Virus record (IMG/VR): IMGVR_UViG_3300046002_007411
Coordinates: 32,001 to 96,000 of that record
Origin: a virus
Length of the DNA stretch: 64,000 nt
Strand: one strand, 5' to 3'
The stretch's first letter is position 1, and each line of letters begins with the position of its first letter. Made by a program: the position numbers and the translations under genes. Positions 38,081 through 48,610 of this stretch are shown in pieces. Under the pieces are notes generated by a model. It ran no database searches. It was not told the DNA's origin and saw only the letters and a list, made by a program, of their open reading frames with translations.

Positions 38081-39535
38081 TCAGTAGTTTTCCTTGGTAA
38101 GTGCATGAGGATACTGCACTTTTTTATAATGTTGCTGGCGTTTTAGCATGTGCCTATGGCTGAACTTCATTTTACTGCAAATGTCATATATATCGACATG
38201 ATCTTTATCGTCAGCTTTGCGTAACCCTCGACCAATACTTTGGATCACACGCACAAAGCTCTTGCCGGGCTCAATCAACACAAGATTGAAAATGCGATTG
38301 ATGCTAATACCCACAGCAGTTGTGCCATACGTTGCAATCATCACAGCGTTGTCGCTGAGATTGATTTCTTTATAGTGCTCACGCCGATCGGAACTTTTCA
38401 TTTCTCCACTGATAAATGTGCTGTCGGCTATGAGATTATGTAAAGCAGTGCCTGTTGCAATGCGATCTACTAGAACAAGAGTGTTGCCTGTTGCACTGAT
38501 AGTTTTTACAAAATCTGATACCCATTTCAATCTATCATTGTTGGTAAGGAGAAACTTCAGCTCGCTTTGATAGTCTTGGTAAACTTGTGTTTCTTGAGTT
38601 TGATGTACATGAACTTGACATTGTGCCAAATGCCCGGCATCTTGCAAGTCTCTTGCTTGTAGTTGGCCAATTAAAGGCCCAATGGCTGTAAACAAGCTCA
38701 TTTGATTATACTCAGCTTCAGGCACAGTGCCTGTCAATCCCCAACGAATAGGAATATTGCTGAAAGTTGTGGTTAAGAGTCGATGTAACACTCCTAAATC
38801 TTTTACCCCGTGGCACTCATCCACAATCACAGCCACTTGCTGGTCCAGGAACACTGCCAGCTGATCGTCATCTAGGGCGTCTTTGTTTTTCTTGTCTAGA
38901 ACATTGAGACTTTGCCATGTGCAAATAGTATGTTGCCGATCAAACTCCTTGCGATCACCAAATATTACACCAACATTCAAACCCACGTTTTGATAATCTT
39001 CCAGTGTTTGTTCCACAAGATTTTTGTTGGGAACAATCACAATAGTCCTACCAATGTGTTCCACACGTCGACTCAGTGTGGCAGTGACAATGGTTTTTCC
39101 CGAGCTAGTGGGCGCAATAATCAATCCCTGGGGATTGGCAAGACATTCGTTTACCAACTGAACTTGATAATCACGTAGCACAATGGGCTCACCTTGAGCT
39201 CGATGCCCGGGTGGCCACATGCGATCACTTAGATAGGTATCATCAATAGCCGTGAGATCAAGATTATGTTTGTGACGGTCATCCACAATCTCAACATCAT
39301 ACCCTGCATCAACCAAAATAGGCAGCAGTTTATCCAAGGCATTGAGATAGGTTTTACCGCCCAGTGTGCAAAAACTTGCACAACCATCCCATCGTCCTAA
39401 TTTGAAGGCAGGACTGTATCTAGCGTGTGGCAGAAAATATTTCACAGAGTTAACAAGCTTGCGCCGATCTGTCAGCTCAACTTCCTGAATATGGACGTTG
39501 ACTTCGTCCATGATATTAATGACTACAGTGTTCAT
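38081..39535 (-). CDS. uvsW: UvsW-like SF2 helicase
   Basis: WDG, LRDYQ, APTSSGKT, VDECH, GLTGT, QSIGRGLR. Confidence 0.9.
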   Translation of the reverse strand: MNTVVINIMDEVNVHIQEVELTDRRKLVNSVKYFLPHARYSPAFKLGRWDGCASFCTLGGKTYLNALDKLLPILVDAGYDVEIVDDRHKHNLDLTAIDDTYLSDRMWPPGHRAQGEPIVLRDYQVQLVNECLANPQGLIIAPTSSGKTIVTATLSRRVEHIGRTIVIVPNKNLVEQTLEDYQNVGLNVGVIFGDRKEFDRQHTICTWQSLNVLDKKNKDALDDDQLAVFLDQQVAVIVDECHGVKDLGVLHRLLTTTFSNIPIRWGLTGTVPEAEYNQMSLFTAIGPLIGQLQARDLQDAGHLAQCQVHVHQTQETQVYQDYQSELKFLLTNNDRLKWVSDFVKTISATGNTLVLVDRIATGTALHNLIADSTFISGEMKSSDRREHYKEINLSDNAVMIATYGTTAVGISINRIFNLVLIEPGKSFVRVIQSIGRGLRKADDKDHVDIYDICSKMKFSHRHMLKRQQHYKKVQYPHALTKENY

Positions 39536-40554
39536 GTTTTTCTCATGCAGTTTTTCTCGGCAAACTTCTGCCATCGCCCGGGCATGGCAGCACGCAAGTC
39601 GGCAATTTTGGTTACTGTGCGCAGGCTAAGCTCATGCAACCTATGTACGTTGTCTTTTACAAAATCCAAAATTTCCTTTTGCTCATCGTGAGAAAAGTCA
39701 TAACTGCCCAAGAGGTTGTGCTTGTTGACTACATTGGTGATATGCAAAAGTTTTTCACGTGTGGTGTTGATGCCCAAATCCATGTAATGGCACCGACTCA
39801 TGATTGCAGCAAGATGATTTTGAATCCTGGGGCTGCGAACTTGATCAAACTTGATATTGGTAATAAAAACAATACCACCGCGATATTCAAAACTGTTGGG
39901 AATGTCTTGTTTGACAAGATTTCTGTTTTGGCTGCCCCAGTGAATCATGCGTGTTTTACGACTATCAAGAGCAGCTTTGAGAACGTTCAAGCTGTCATCA
40001 TCGTATAGCACACTGTCACAGTCGTCAAACACCAGCACTTGGCCTTCACCGCGATATTCCCAAAGTTTTTCATAAAGGCAAATACCCGACATGTCGCCGT
40101 GAATGCATTCAAACAAGCTGCGATTTTGCATGGCTTGTTTGATTGCCAGTGCCCGATGCAAGCGATTTTCCACAGTGTGACTTTTGCCAATACCACTGGG
40201 ACCGCTGACTACAAGGCCTTTAACAATGTTGCTGGCAACAGCATCCGTCATTTCACCAAGGATTTCAAAAGTTTCATCAATGTCTTGTTGAATCTCTTGA
40301 TCTGTTAGTTGGAGAATATTGGGATCTGTGTCTGCTGCAACAACCACCGGAGCACTCACGGGCTGATAATCATCAGCATGGTCGATGTAAAGACGGTTTT
40401 TTCCACGACGTAGACCGTCGCTGCCGTTGCCCCAGACAACTAGAAACTTGCCGTTGTGATCGCGTTTGATGCCACCTTGCGTTTCCACTGTGACGTTTTG
40501 CACACAACTGCCGTTGCCCAGTCTACCTTGTTTAACAAGCACGTAGCTCTTCAT
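39532..40554 (-). CDS. P-loop (AAA+-like) ATPase
   Basis: GPSGIGKS, VFDDCD, LNVLKAALD, FITN, SR. Confidence 0.85.
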   Translation of the reverse strand: MKSYVLVKQGRLGNGSCVQNVTVETQGGIKRDHNGKFLVVWGNGSDGLRRGKNRLYIDHADDYQPVSAPVVVAADTDPNILQLTDQEIQQDIDETFEILGEMTDAVASNIVKGLVVSGPSGIGKSHTVENRLHRALAIKQAMQNRSLFECIHGDMSGICLYEKLWEYRGEGQVLVFDDCDSVLYDDDSLNVLKAALDSRKTRMIHWGSQNRNLVKQDIPNSFEYRGGIVFITNIKFDQVRSPRIQNHLAAIMSRCHYMDLGINTTREKLLHITNVVNKHNLLGSYDFSHDEQKEILDFVKDNVHRLHELSLRTVTKIADLRAAMPGRWQKFAEKNCMRKT

Positions 40555-40582
40555 TGTCAACCTTGTTTGCAATTTGACCTTC

Positions 40583-40610
40583 ACTATAACATATGTTTAG
40601 GGGTTGTCAA
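40583..40610 (-). promoter_or_regulatory. sigma70-type early promoter
   Basis: TTGACA-N16-TATAGT with TGn extension. Confidence 0.65.
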
Positions 40611-40616
40611 ACAAAA

Positions 40617-41069
40617 TTAAAGTTTGACGTCTTCGATTCCAATACTGCGCAGCTTGACAATATTGTTGATTTGCCAGCTTTTGGCTTCAAATCCCTTCAT
40701 GAGGCCAAGATACTTGTTGCGAATTAAAGCAACTTCACAGATTAATGTATTCATATCCACAAGACTGGATTCGCCATCTAGATATTTTTCAATACTGCGA
40801 TCACTTAAATCACGATTATAGCGTTCAAGATATTTCCTATACAAGTCACTGCGCATTTTATCATATCGTATATTGATATATTTCAAAATGCTTTCCAAGT
40901 CTTGTAGTTGGGTAAATCTATAAGTTACATGCCCACTTAAATCTTGGGCTGCTTTTTCCAAACTTCCCGAAATACGAGTTTCTTTTTGTGCTTGTTCAAA
41001 TTCTTGGCTGTAATACTCCACAGCCAGAGCCACTGAGGCTAAATCTGCAACTACTTGGGTGTAGTACAC
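40617..41069 (-). CDS. uvsY: recombination mediator UvsY-like
   Basis: Helical; IEKYLDGE, KSWQINNIVKLR; near uvsX/uvsW. Confidence 0.75.
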   Translation of the reverse strand: MYYTQVVADLASVALAVEYYSQEFEQAQKETRISGSLEKAAQDLSGHVTYRFTQLQDLESILKYINIRYDKMRSDLYRKYLERYNRDLSDRSIEKYLDGESSLVDMNTLICEVALIRNKYLGLMKGFEAKSWQINNIVKLRSIGIEDVKL

Positions 41070-41075
41070 AGACTT

Positions 41076-41300
41076 TTACTCTTCCCACTCTTCTTCTGAC
41101 TCTTCTTGATCTAATTCAAGAACTCCGGCAATAGCCTCATCTAGAGCTTGATCTTCACCGAGAATATCTTCAAACCAAGCTTCATCTGCCCCGGCATCAA
41201 CAAATGCAGTGACAAGATCTTCCACAGCTTGGGCTTTTTTATTGGCTGGAACAAACTCTTGAAGCAGGTCCCAAATTTCTAAAACTACACTAGCTTGCAT
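41076..41300 (-). CDS. small acidic hypothetical protein
   Basis: GAGGAG RBS; acidic tail. Confidence 0.7.
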   Translation of the reverse strand: MQASVVLEIWDLLQEFVPANKKAQAVEDLVTAFVDAGADEAWFEDILGEDQALDEAIAGVLELDQEESEEEWEE

Positions 41301-41345
41301 GTTTATTTTGCTCCTCTTAGCTTGCAATATATTGTGTTAGTTATT

Positions 41346-41378
41346 GCTATGTCAACAGTGCCTGGCTGTTGACATAGC
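41346..41378. terminator. 13-bp hairpin after uvsX, containing TTGACA
   Basis: gctatgtcaacag-tgcctgg-ctgttgacatagc. Confidence 0.6.
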
Positions 41379-41386
41379 CAAACAGT

Positions 41387-42463
41387 TTATTCTTGCTCAA
41401 CTTCCGGGAGTGCTAGAGATTTAGCTGGATCTATTTTGCGATAAAATTCATCCATAACTCGATCCAAACAATCGTCTTCGTTACGATTCCATGCTTTTTC
41501 AAACTTCTTGATTTGAGTTCCGTCAACGCATGTGTAGTTCCATTTGTTGCCTTCTTTCACAAGAAGTCCTTTTTGCACAAATAGGTCACATAGACCGCTG
41601 TAGGGATCCATGCCACGATCATAAGGGATTTTTATTTCCACTTGCTCGAATGGCTTGTTGTATCGCGTTTTCATTATTTTGCATTGTGCGCGAATGCCTT
41701 TTACATCGGTAGTTTTGTTGCCGTCCTCATCTTCCTTGAGCTTGAGCTTGCGCATGGCTAGCACAATGCTGCTGGCATATATAGGCCCTTGACCACCCGA
41801 GATCACATCGTCAGGGTTAAACATGTCTTGGCTGGCATAACTGTGGTTGGTGCAAACCATGCCAATGTCATACTCGCCAAACATGTTCACACAGTTGCGC
41901 ACCAGTGCTGCCAGTGCCTTGGGCTTGCGACCCATGTCGCCCTTGAGATCACCAGCTTCAAACTGATTAACATCTGTTGGTGTAAGCATCATGCCCAAGC
42001 TGTCAATCACAAACAACACGCGAGGCCGTTCTTCTTCAGTAACTGCGCCGTATTGTGTCTTGTAGTCTTTCATAAAATCACTTATCAACCTGGCAACGTC
42101 ATCAATCATGGCAACGTTTACCTTTAAAAGTGAATGTTCACTAGTGTCAACGTCCAATGCTTTAAGCCAGGATTCATCAAGTGCGTTTTCAGTATCAATC
42201 AACACCACAAACACGTCTTTTTTCTGTGCGTTGGATGTGATGTTGCCTGATGCCAAAAAGCTTTTTCCTGAACCACTTTGGCCACCTAGCATGGTAACTT
42301 TACCCAGCGGAATTCCACCTTCACGGAATCTACCGCTAATTGCATAGTTTAATGCATAGTTTCCTGTGGAGATCCACACTTTGGGATCACGAAATCCCAA
42401 ACTAATACCATCAATATTTTTTGTAATATCTCGGCGAAGTTTAGATAGATCCATTGGTTTCAT
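41387..42463 (-). CDS. uvsX: RecA-family recombinase UvsX
   Basis: ISTG, GQSGSGKS, IDTENA, IDSLG, SGG, KTR. Confidence 0.95.
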   Translation of the reverse strand: MKPMDLSKLRRDITKNIDGISLGFRDPKVWISTGNYALNYAISGRFREGGIPLGKVTMLGGQSGSGKSFLASGNITSNAQKKDVFVVLIDTENALDESWLKALDVDTSEHSLLKVNVAMIDDVARLISDFMKDYKTQYGAVTEEERPRVLFVIDSLGMMLTPTDVNQFEAGDLKGDMGRKPKALAALVRNCVNMFGEYDIGMVCTNHSYASQDMFNPDDVISGGQGPIYASSIVLAMRKLKLKEDEDGNKTTDVKGIRAQCKIMKTRYNKPFEQVEIKIPYDRGMDPYSGLCDLFVQKGLLVKEGNKWNYTCVDGTQIKKFEKAWNRNEDDCLDRVMDEFYRKIDPAKSLALPEVEQE

Positions 42464-42485
42464 GTCATATCATCCTTGATAGGTA

Positions 42486-42518
42486 GAGCAAGACTGATAT
42501 TAACTATCAGTCTTGCTC
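42486..42518. terminator. 14-bp hairpin after gp32
   Basis: gagcaagactgata-ttaac-tatcagtcttgctc. Confidence 0.65.
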
Positions 42519-42533
42519 AGTTTCCGCTATTGC

Positions 42534-43547
42534 TTATTTGTTTTGTTGGCGAGCTCTAATAGCAGCCAAGATGTCCTCGGGGCTAGTAGACTTGCCAGCT
42601 GGGCGTGGTGTGCTTTCCACAGTTTCTTCCCAGGGTGGGGTTGCAGTTTCCTGCTGTGGTTTGCTTGCTGCTGGCGTTGGCTGAGGAACATTGCGAACTT
42701 GAACTGGTTTTGTAGTAGAAGCGCCGTCCTGATCATTGTCAGTAACACGCATGCCAGTTGGTTTGAAATAGTTACCCCAGCGCTCGGGATCATATGGTTG
42801 TTCTTCAACACTGGCTTGGAACATTTCCATAATCACTCGCAGTCCGTCTTCATCAGGACGCTTGGGCAAGAAGCTGGAAAGATTATACAATCCATGCTGT
42901 TCAATAGCCAGGCGTTCTACATCACCAAGTGGACGTTCTTTCATAGCCCATGAGCTGCTTGCATAGTTTGCAAAACTACCTTTTGTGGTCTTTGTGAGAT
43001 AAAAATCTCTACCATGCTCGTAGTCAGTTGGTGAGTATTCAAGATCTGGACGCAGCAAAATCCCCTTGATCATGTCAAAAATGCTGGGATTAATTACCAA
43101 CCTACGAATGGGATTTTCTGGTGTGGAATCTTCCTTGTTGGGGTTGTTGGGGACAAAACCTTGAAACAGATAGCTCTTTTTGCGATAATATTTGCGAGCC
43201 ATGTCAACAAGACTTTCGTCTTTCCACCAAGGACGGATTTCTGCGTTAATAGGGCAGCTACCGGGCTTCCACATATCCACGCTGGGAACTTGAACATCAC
43301 AAGGCTTGCTATCAGCTTGCCCTTTAACTCCACGGAACGGCAGCTTGATAATCAGTCGCTCAACCCAAAAGTAGTCGTTGTTGACATCACCATCGGGAAG
43401 ATAACGAATTGTTGCTGTGGACCCCTCGGGGTTGTTCCAAAAGGGATAAATCGCATTGTCACCTTGAAATTGACCTGTGCGAACTCGATCCTTTTTTGAT
43501 TGTTCTTCAAGTAGACGTGCTTGAATTTCTTTTAAACTAAGTGCCAT
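42534..43547 (-). CDS. single-stranded DNA-binding protein (gp32-like)
   Basis: ATIRYLP, CPI, RKKSY, GRDFYL, YASS pattern; upstream of uvsX. Confidence 0.85.
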   Translation of the reverse strand: MALSLKEIQARLLEEQSKKDRVRTGQFQGDNAIYPFWNNPEGSTATIRYLPDGDVNNDYFWVERLIIKLPFRGVKGQADSKPCDVQVPSVDMWKPGSCPINAEIRPWWKDESLVDMARKYYRKKSYLFQGFVPNNPNKEDSTPENPIRRLVINPSIFDMIKGILLRPDLEYSPTDYEHGRDFYLTKTTKGSFANYASSSWAMKERPLGDVERLAIEQHGLYNLSSFLPKRPDEDGLRVIMEMFQASVEEQPYDPERWGNYFKPTGMRVTDNDQDGASTTKPVQVRNVPQPTPAASKPQQETATPPWEETVESTPRPAGKSTSPEDILAAIRARQQNK

Positions 43548-43665
43548 TTGTGTGCCTTTCTGTGCCTATAATGTGTTTAGATCAAGACAAAATTTGTTTC
43601 TTTGTCTTGAACAACATTACTTATGCTGACACATGAAAGTCAATGCTTTTGACCTTATTAATTTT

Positions 43666-44898
43666 TCACAACCCAGCTAGCTTCTTGACACGGCTGACAT
43701 CAGGATTGGTGTTCATCCCCACTAGTTTTTTCAAGTGATCTTGAGTTTCACTGGGGTTGATTTCCCATTGCTCACGCCACCAGTCGTTGCTGGACACCAA
43801 AAACTTCAAAGTAGCTGAAACAGCTTGCTCATTGGAGCCTAGGTCCAGTTGATAATCTTGCCAAGCCTCTTGTGCTTGACTTTCTGCTTGACCAATCTGA
43901 TCTTCCTGAATAACCACTTCAGTATCACTTAACCAATCTTGAAACTCTTCAAGTTCAGGTTTGGGTATGGATTTTTCCATACCCAACCATTGCTCTAATA
44001 CTTCTTGATGATCGGGACAATGCTGCTCGACAACTGGCCGTAACCAAGGTGCAAGAGCTGTTTTACGGAACTCCCGCATATTGGAATGACTGCTATGATA
44101 TCCACGGGGACCACTCCAAGATTGCAGTTCATTGTTAATGTCATGCATGTGTTGATGAATTTCAGCTAGAGTTGGCAAAAGTTCATTTTGTAGTTGGGCA
44201 GGTTGGCGTAGTTTTCTAGCCGCGCTTTTTAAAACACCATAATGCTCACTTAGTGTTTTAAGGTAGCTGCTGACTTCATCATGAGCTTGCCCGCCTTGGC
44301 TCAAATGTCTTGCCCAGGCTCTTGCACCTTTTACATGACGAGTAGGCCAACCAAGACGTTCGCCTTGATCAGTTTCCACAAATATCTTGTGTATTTTGCG
44401 CCAACGACTTCCCGGGGTATCTTCATTTACAATATCACTGTGTCTAACTATCATGCGACAGTTGCCCACACGTTGAAAGGAACTGCGGGTTGTGCCCCAA
44501 GGACGGCTGATGTCACGACTTTCTTCAACTGGTGGCTTTTTGGCTTCAATGTCTTTATCAAACTGAAACCAGTTGACACTTACGCCTTCTTTGTCGTTTA
44601 TGTTTTTACGCAACCACATATGTAAACTGAACAAATCGTTGAAATCTTGGGTGTTTCTCATGCGAGGAGTTTGTAAATCCACATGACTGTGGCTGTCCTC
44701 GTCATGTAAACTAATCAAAATGTCATATGATTTGATATTGGGATCATGAGGATCTGCTACTGTGGCATAAAACTGTCGAGCATCTTCAATCTTGAATGTT
44801 TCTTTTATGTCTTCATCAAACATTTTTTTGACTTGCATGCCACGAGCTTTTAATATGCCATGTATTTTTTGTGTGATGATGTCCCAGTTAGGTGTCAT
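43666..44898 (-). CDS. hypothetical late protein
   Basis: 410 aa, GGAG RBS, TAAATA 44916-44921. Confidence 0.75.
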   Translation of the reverse strand: MTPNWDIITQKIHGILKARGMQVKKMFDEDIKETFKIEDARQFYATVADPHDPNIKSYDILISLHDEDSHSHVDLQTPRMRNTQDFNDLFSLHMWLRKNINDKEGVSVNWFQFDKDIEAKKPPVEESRDISRPWGTTRSSFQRVGNCRMIVRHSDIVNEDTPGSRWRKIHKIFVETDQGERLGWPTRHVKGARAWARHLSQGGQAHDEVSSYLKTLSEHYGVLKSAARKLRQPAQLQNELLPTLAEIHQHMHDINNELQSWSGPRGYHSSHSNMREFRKTALAPWLRPVVEQHCPDHQEVLEQWLGMEKSIPKPELEEFQDWLSDTEVVIQEDQIGQAESQAQEAWQDYQLDLGSNEQAVSATLKFLVSSNDWWREQWEINPSETQDHLKKLVGMNTNPDVSRVKKLAGL

Positions 44899-44918
44899 TA
44901 TTAGTCTCCTGGCGATAT

Positions 44919-46511
44919 TTATCTAAAGGCCATGGTCATGGGAAGAGGTTCCATGAGTTCTTGATCGTCAAAATCGTCCCGTAGCAAATCACCAATTTTT
45001 TCGTCCCAGTTTTGCAATATTTGCATCATACGAACTGACAACATCATGCTCATCACACAGTCGTCGTGTTCTCCTGATTTGGCGGAAAAACTATCACCCT
45101 TGCTGATAAAGAACTTCAGTTGTCGTATCAACATCTTGCTATGCGGAATTAAACGGTTGCTTTCAATAAGTGTTTTAAGCTTGCTGCATGCCATGGCTTT
45201 TGTTCTCATATTGGTATTGAGACCTTTCCTGCTACGGCCTGAGGTTACGTTTCTTCTTGGTTCATGCACAAACTGTCCGGCAAATCTTTCTTCACCTATT
45301 TCATTAATACTAACAAGTGCAGCTTCGCCCCAGGTATTGTTTTCCAAAGTCCAAAATATATCAGGATCGCCTCTATGTCCTTTTTGCTTGCATTCGTTGT
45401 AAATGAACTCCAGTATTTTCATGAGAGTCTGTACTTGCCCGGGAATAGGTGTTAGATTATGACACCATTCGGCTACTTGTTCCATGTCCGGCAAACTCCA
45501 TACACTGATTGCAGCGTAGTCTTTGCCAATACCAGCACTGGGATCTAAACCAACAAGGTAAGTTTTATTAGCCTCGATATTTTTATACCATCGGATTTGT
45601 TGTGTTTTGAAAATTGGCTCCTGTCCGGTAAGTCGTTGCAAAGTTATACCACTTATAAGTGTTTCACTTTCACCTGCAAACTGGCACTCAAACTCTCGGA
45701 GAAATCTTTCTTGTCCAATTTTGTTGCGTTCTCGCTGTGCCCAGGTTTCGTCGCGTCCAGGAACTTCACTGTAATGTGCTGTAAATGCACGAAACCCGTT
45801 TATTCCCATGCCTTCAGCATTTTCATTGCCGTATTCATCAGTCAACTTGTTGGCACCAAACCACAACTCAGCAAACATGTCTTCGTCACTTTTGGGAGTG
45901 GTGGTAATAATACACCGGCCACCAGTGCTTAATGTGGGACTTATACTGGCCCAAAACTCCGTGGCAATATTGGTTTTCACGAAGGCAAACTCATCGAGAT
46001 ACAACAAGCTGATACTCATGCCTCGTCCACTATCAGCAGTGGTGGTAGTTGCCACAATACGACTGCCGTTATCAAAAGCAATGTCTTGTTGATTGTATTT
46101 TGTTACACCCGGACGCAAAAAGTCCGGCAACTCCTCGTAAGCATATTTCACACGCATCATGATTTCACTTGCTGCCTTGAACTTGTGTGCAGCAATCAAG
46201 ATAGTCACGTCGTTGTTAAAACATGCATACCACAGCAAATAAGCAGCACTGCTGGCTGTTTTGCCACTTTGGCGAGGAATCATACATATGCTATTGGTAT
46301 ATTTCCAATATGTAGTAACTAGTTTTTTTTGGAACTCCCATAGTTTAAAGGGCTGTCGACCTTTTGTGGGATGTTGCACGTAAATGTAGTTTTCAATAAA
46401 ATAAAGTGGATCACTTGCACACTTTAAAAGTTCTTGAAACTGCTCGCGAGTATATTGAGTTTTTTGATAAGGAGTTTTGACTTTTATAAAGCTCTGTGCT
46501 ATTTGTGCCAT
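44919..46511 (-). CDS. terminase large subunit (gp17-like)
   Basis: PRQSGKT, RG, LLYLDEFAF, REFECQF, GLDPSAG, HDDCVM; no intein. Confidence 0.96.
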   Translation of the reverse strand: MAQIAQSFIKVKTPYQKTQYTREQFQELLKCASDPLYFIENYIYVQHPTKGRQPFKLWEFQKKLVTTYWKYTNSICMIPRQSGKTASSAAYLLWYACFNNDVTILIAAHKFKAASEIMMRVKYAYEELPDFLRPGVTKYNQQDIAFDNGSRIVATTTTADSGRGMSISLLYLDEFAFVKTNIATEFWASISPTLSTGGRCIITTTPKSDEDMFAELWFGANKLTDEYGNENAEGMGINGFRAFTAHYSEVPGRDETWAQRERNKIGQERFLREFECQFAGESETLISGITLQRLTGQEPIFKTQQIRWYKNIEANKTYLVGLDPSAGIGKDYAAISVWSLPDMEQVAEWCHNLTPIPGQVQTLMKILEFIYNECKQKGHRGDPDIFWTLENNTWGEAALVSINEIGEERFAGQFVHEPRRNVTSGRSRKGLNTNMRTKAMACSKLKTLIESNRLIPHSKMLIRQLKFFISKGDSFSAKSGEHDDCVMSMMLSVRMMQILQNWDEKIGDLLRDDFDDQELMEPLPMTMAFR

Positions 46512-46514
46512 AGT

Positions 46515-46730
46515 TTAATTTAGCTTGTAGAGACCAATTACATTACTATAATCTCGCCATTCCCTGTCATCTACACTTATCACAACTTTATTAATAGTGG
46601 CTGAAATATTTTTCCGCCAATAGTTCAAAAAACCATGAGTTCGTCGCAACTCTGGCACTATGTCTGTATAGCTCCAAACAAACTCTTGTAACAGGCTGGG
46701 ATAGTCGGGCATCCAATATGTCAACTGCAA
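46515..46730 (-). CDS. Usg-family protein (start uncertain)
   Basis: YWMPDYPSLLQEFVW..D..PE......FL.YW matches the Usg pattern. Confidence 0.75.
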   Translation of the reverse strand: MQLTYWMPDYPSLLQEFVWSYTDIVPELRRTHGFLNYWRKNISATINKVVISVDDREWRDYSNVIGLYKLN

Positions 46731-46766
46731 AACTACATTACGCTTTGCGGTTAAAATCCATGATGC

Positions 46767-47348
46767 TTATCCTTTTGTTACTTTCTGTCGGCGAATAGTT
46801 GACATGGGACTCATGCTGCCATCGTCTTGAGGTTTATCCCCAGCAAATGGATCCTTGTCAAACTCAGCCTTTGTGGGATCAGTTAACGGGCTAGCTTGTC
46901 CATCTTCATTGTTGAACTCTTCCGCTAGGAACTTTTGCCAGTTGGCTTGTAGTTGATTGTGCAGTTGCTCAGCGAGAGGGTTGTTACCAACATGCGCAAT
47001 ACGTTGAGGCTCTTTGGGGCCGTTCCAAGTATATGTTTCCACATCAAGAGGTTCACCTTGATCATCAACTTCCTGGTGGCTGTGATCATAATCAGCAGTC
47101 TCTGCCATGTCTTCATGATCGCATTGGCAATCTTGATGTCCACAAGTATCACAAACTTCTTGATGATCGTCATGCATGTGACTGGCAATGGGTTGGCTGT
47201 CAGGAGCACTTACATAACCCACGGGCTTTTCCACACCTGCCAACGCCAGCAAACGTTGCAGCATGGCAGGATCATCTGTGCTGATGTTGCTGCTGCTGGT
47301 TGTTGATCCATCTTGACTGTTGACAGTCAATGTATATGTGGTTGTCAT
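46767..47348 (-). CDS. acidic hypothetical (probable head) protein
   Basis: LLALAGV motif, His/Cys patch, LAE sites. Confidence 0.65.
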   Translation of the reverse strand: MTTTYTLTVNSQDGSTTSSSNISTDDPAMLQRLLALAGVEKPVGYVSAPDSQPIASHMHDDHQEVCDTCGHQDCQCDHEDMAETADYDHSHQEVDDQGEPLDVETYTWNGPKEPQRIAHVGNNPLAEQLHNQLQANWQKFLAEEFNNEDGQASPLTDPTKAEFDKDPFAGDKPQDDGSMSPMSTIRRQKVTKG

Positions 47349-47349
47349 G

Positions 47350-48129
47350 TTAGTTTGCACCTTTTCGAGGTTGTAATTTTATTTTAGGTGCTGACTTCTT
47401 GTCTTGCCATGCACTTATGGTGGGTTGAGTTGCTGTGGTAAATGCATCATTTTGACTCAGCCAAGGAGCCAAGGGCATTTTGTCACTGGGTTTTTGCTGT
47501 GGCTTGGGAGTATCAAAGTGACTGTTGAAATCATCAGCTTGCACAGTATCACCTTGAGCTTTTTTCATATCCAACCATCCAAATAGCTGGCTGCCAGTGT
47601 CTACATGGCCAGGATCACGATTTTGACTGACATTGTTCAAATAAGCTAACAAACTTTTGTTGTAGTCGTCACCAAATGCTGCAGGATTAAGTGGTTGCTC
47701 TTGTTGCATGTACTCTCTATCAGTGCTCAAGTAAGCCTGGTGGTGTAGACCATCTGCTTGAGCTTGTTGAGTTACATCGCTTAACCATTCTTGATGTTCG
47801 GCGTAAAGCTGCTGCGGTTCCTGAGCGCCACGCACACGTAGATGTTTTTCATTCATGTTCAATGCGCTGCGCAAGTCTTGCAGTAATACATATGGACTCA
47901 ATCGCACAGCCGTGGCCAAACGCACTTCGTAAATCTCACGATAGGGAATATCAAAAAAGTCCAAATCACTGTTTTGAATACGTTGCGGCGTGGTAATATC
48001 GCGCAAATCAAACTTTTTCAAAACTTCTTCCATGGTATCCATGTCCACATCGCTGGGTTTTTGTGCAAACCTCACAACATATTCATGAAGTTGATGACTT
48101 TCTTGCAAATAATCTTTCAGTGACTTCAT
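47350..48129 (-). CDS. hypothetical late protein
   Basis: MKSLKDYLQES start, TATAAATA 48150-48157. Confidence 0.75.
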   Translation of the reverse strand: MKSLKDYLQESHQLHEYVVRFAQKPSDVDMDTMEEVLKKFDLRDITTPQRIQNSDLDFFDIPYREIYEVRLATAVRLSPYVLLQDLRSALNMNEKHLRVRGAQEPQQLYAEHQEWLSDVTQQAQADGLHHQAYLSTDREYMQQEQPLNPAAFGDDYNKSLLAYLNNVSQNRDPGHVDTGSQLFGWLDMKKAQGDTVQADDFNSHFDTPKPQQKPSDKMPLAPWLSQNDAFTTATQPTISAWQDKKSAPKIKLQPRKGAN

Positions 48130-48162
48130 AACTAGCTCCTATAGCCTGTTATTTATAAACGA

Positions 48163-48609
48163 TTACGATTTATCTTGTGCTTTTTTAATACTGGCAATGA
48201 TTTCATTGCGATCCATAACTAAATCACCACCTTTTATGGGATCTTGAGCAGGATCTTTCCTATTGGCATCTAGGCGCATTTTGTCAAGTTGCAGTTTTAT
48301 TAGCTTGAGCTTCTTTTCCACTTTGCTGTTTTTGGCATCAACTGCAATTTTCAACATTGCTGCACTGCTGGAAAATATTTCTCCAGCCAGTCGAGTTTCC
48401 ACGTTCATACCAAGATCCAAGAGTTGTTGATGTGCTGATATAGCCATGTCGCCTAGACTATCCATTTCTTGGTCATGCTCATCGAACCCATTGATTTTAC
48501 TAAAGGTTTTTTCCAGATCCTGTGCTTTTTCCAAGGCACCCTCGATGTCCTCCTGAGTGGGTTGTTGGTAATCAGGCAAACCAAATGTTTCAGCAAGTTG
48601 CTTGGTCAT
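48163..48609 (-). CDS. terminase small subunit-like (gp16-like)
   Basis: Helical 148 aa, ...DRNEII tail, near terminase large subunit. Confidence 0.55.
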   Translation of the reverse strand: MTKQLAETFGLPDYQQPTQEDIEGALEKAQDLEKTFSKINGFDEHDQEMDSLGDMAISAHQQLLDLGMNVETRLAGEIFSSSAAMLKIAVDAKNSKVEKKLKLIKLQLDKMRLDANRKDPAQDPIKGGDLVMDRNEIIASIKKAQDKS

Positions 48610-48610
48610 G

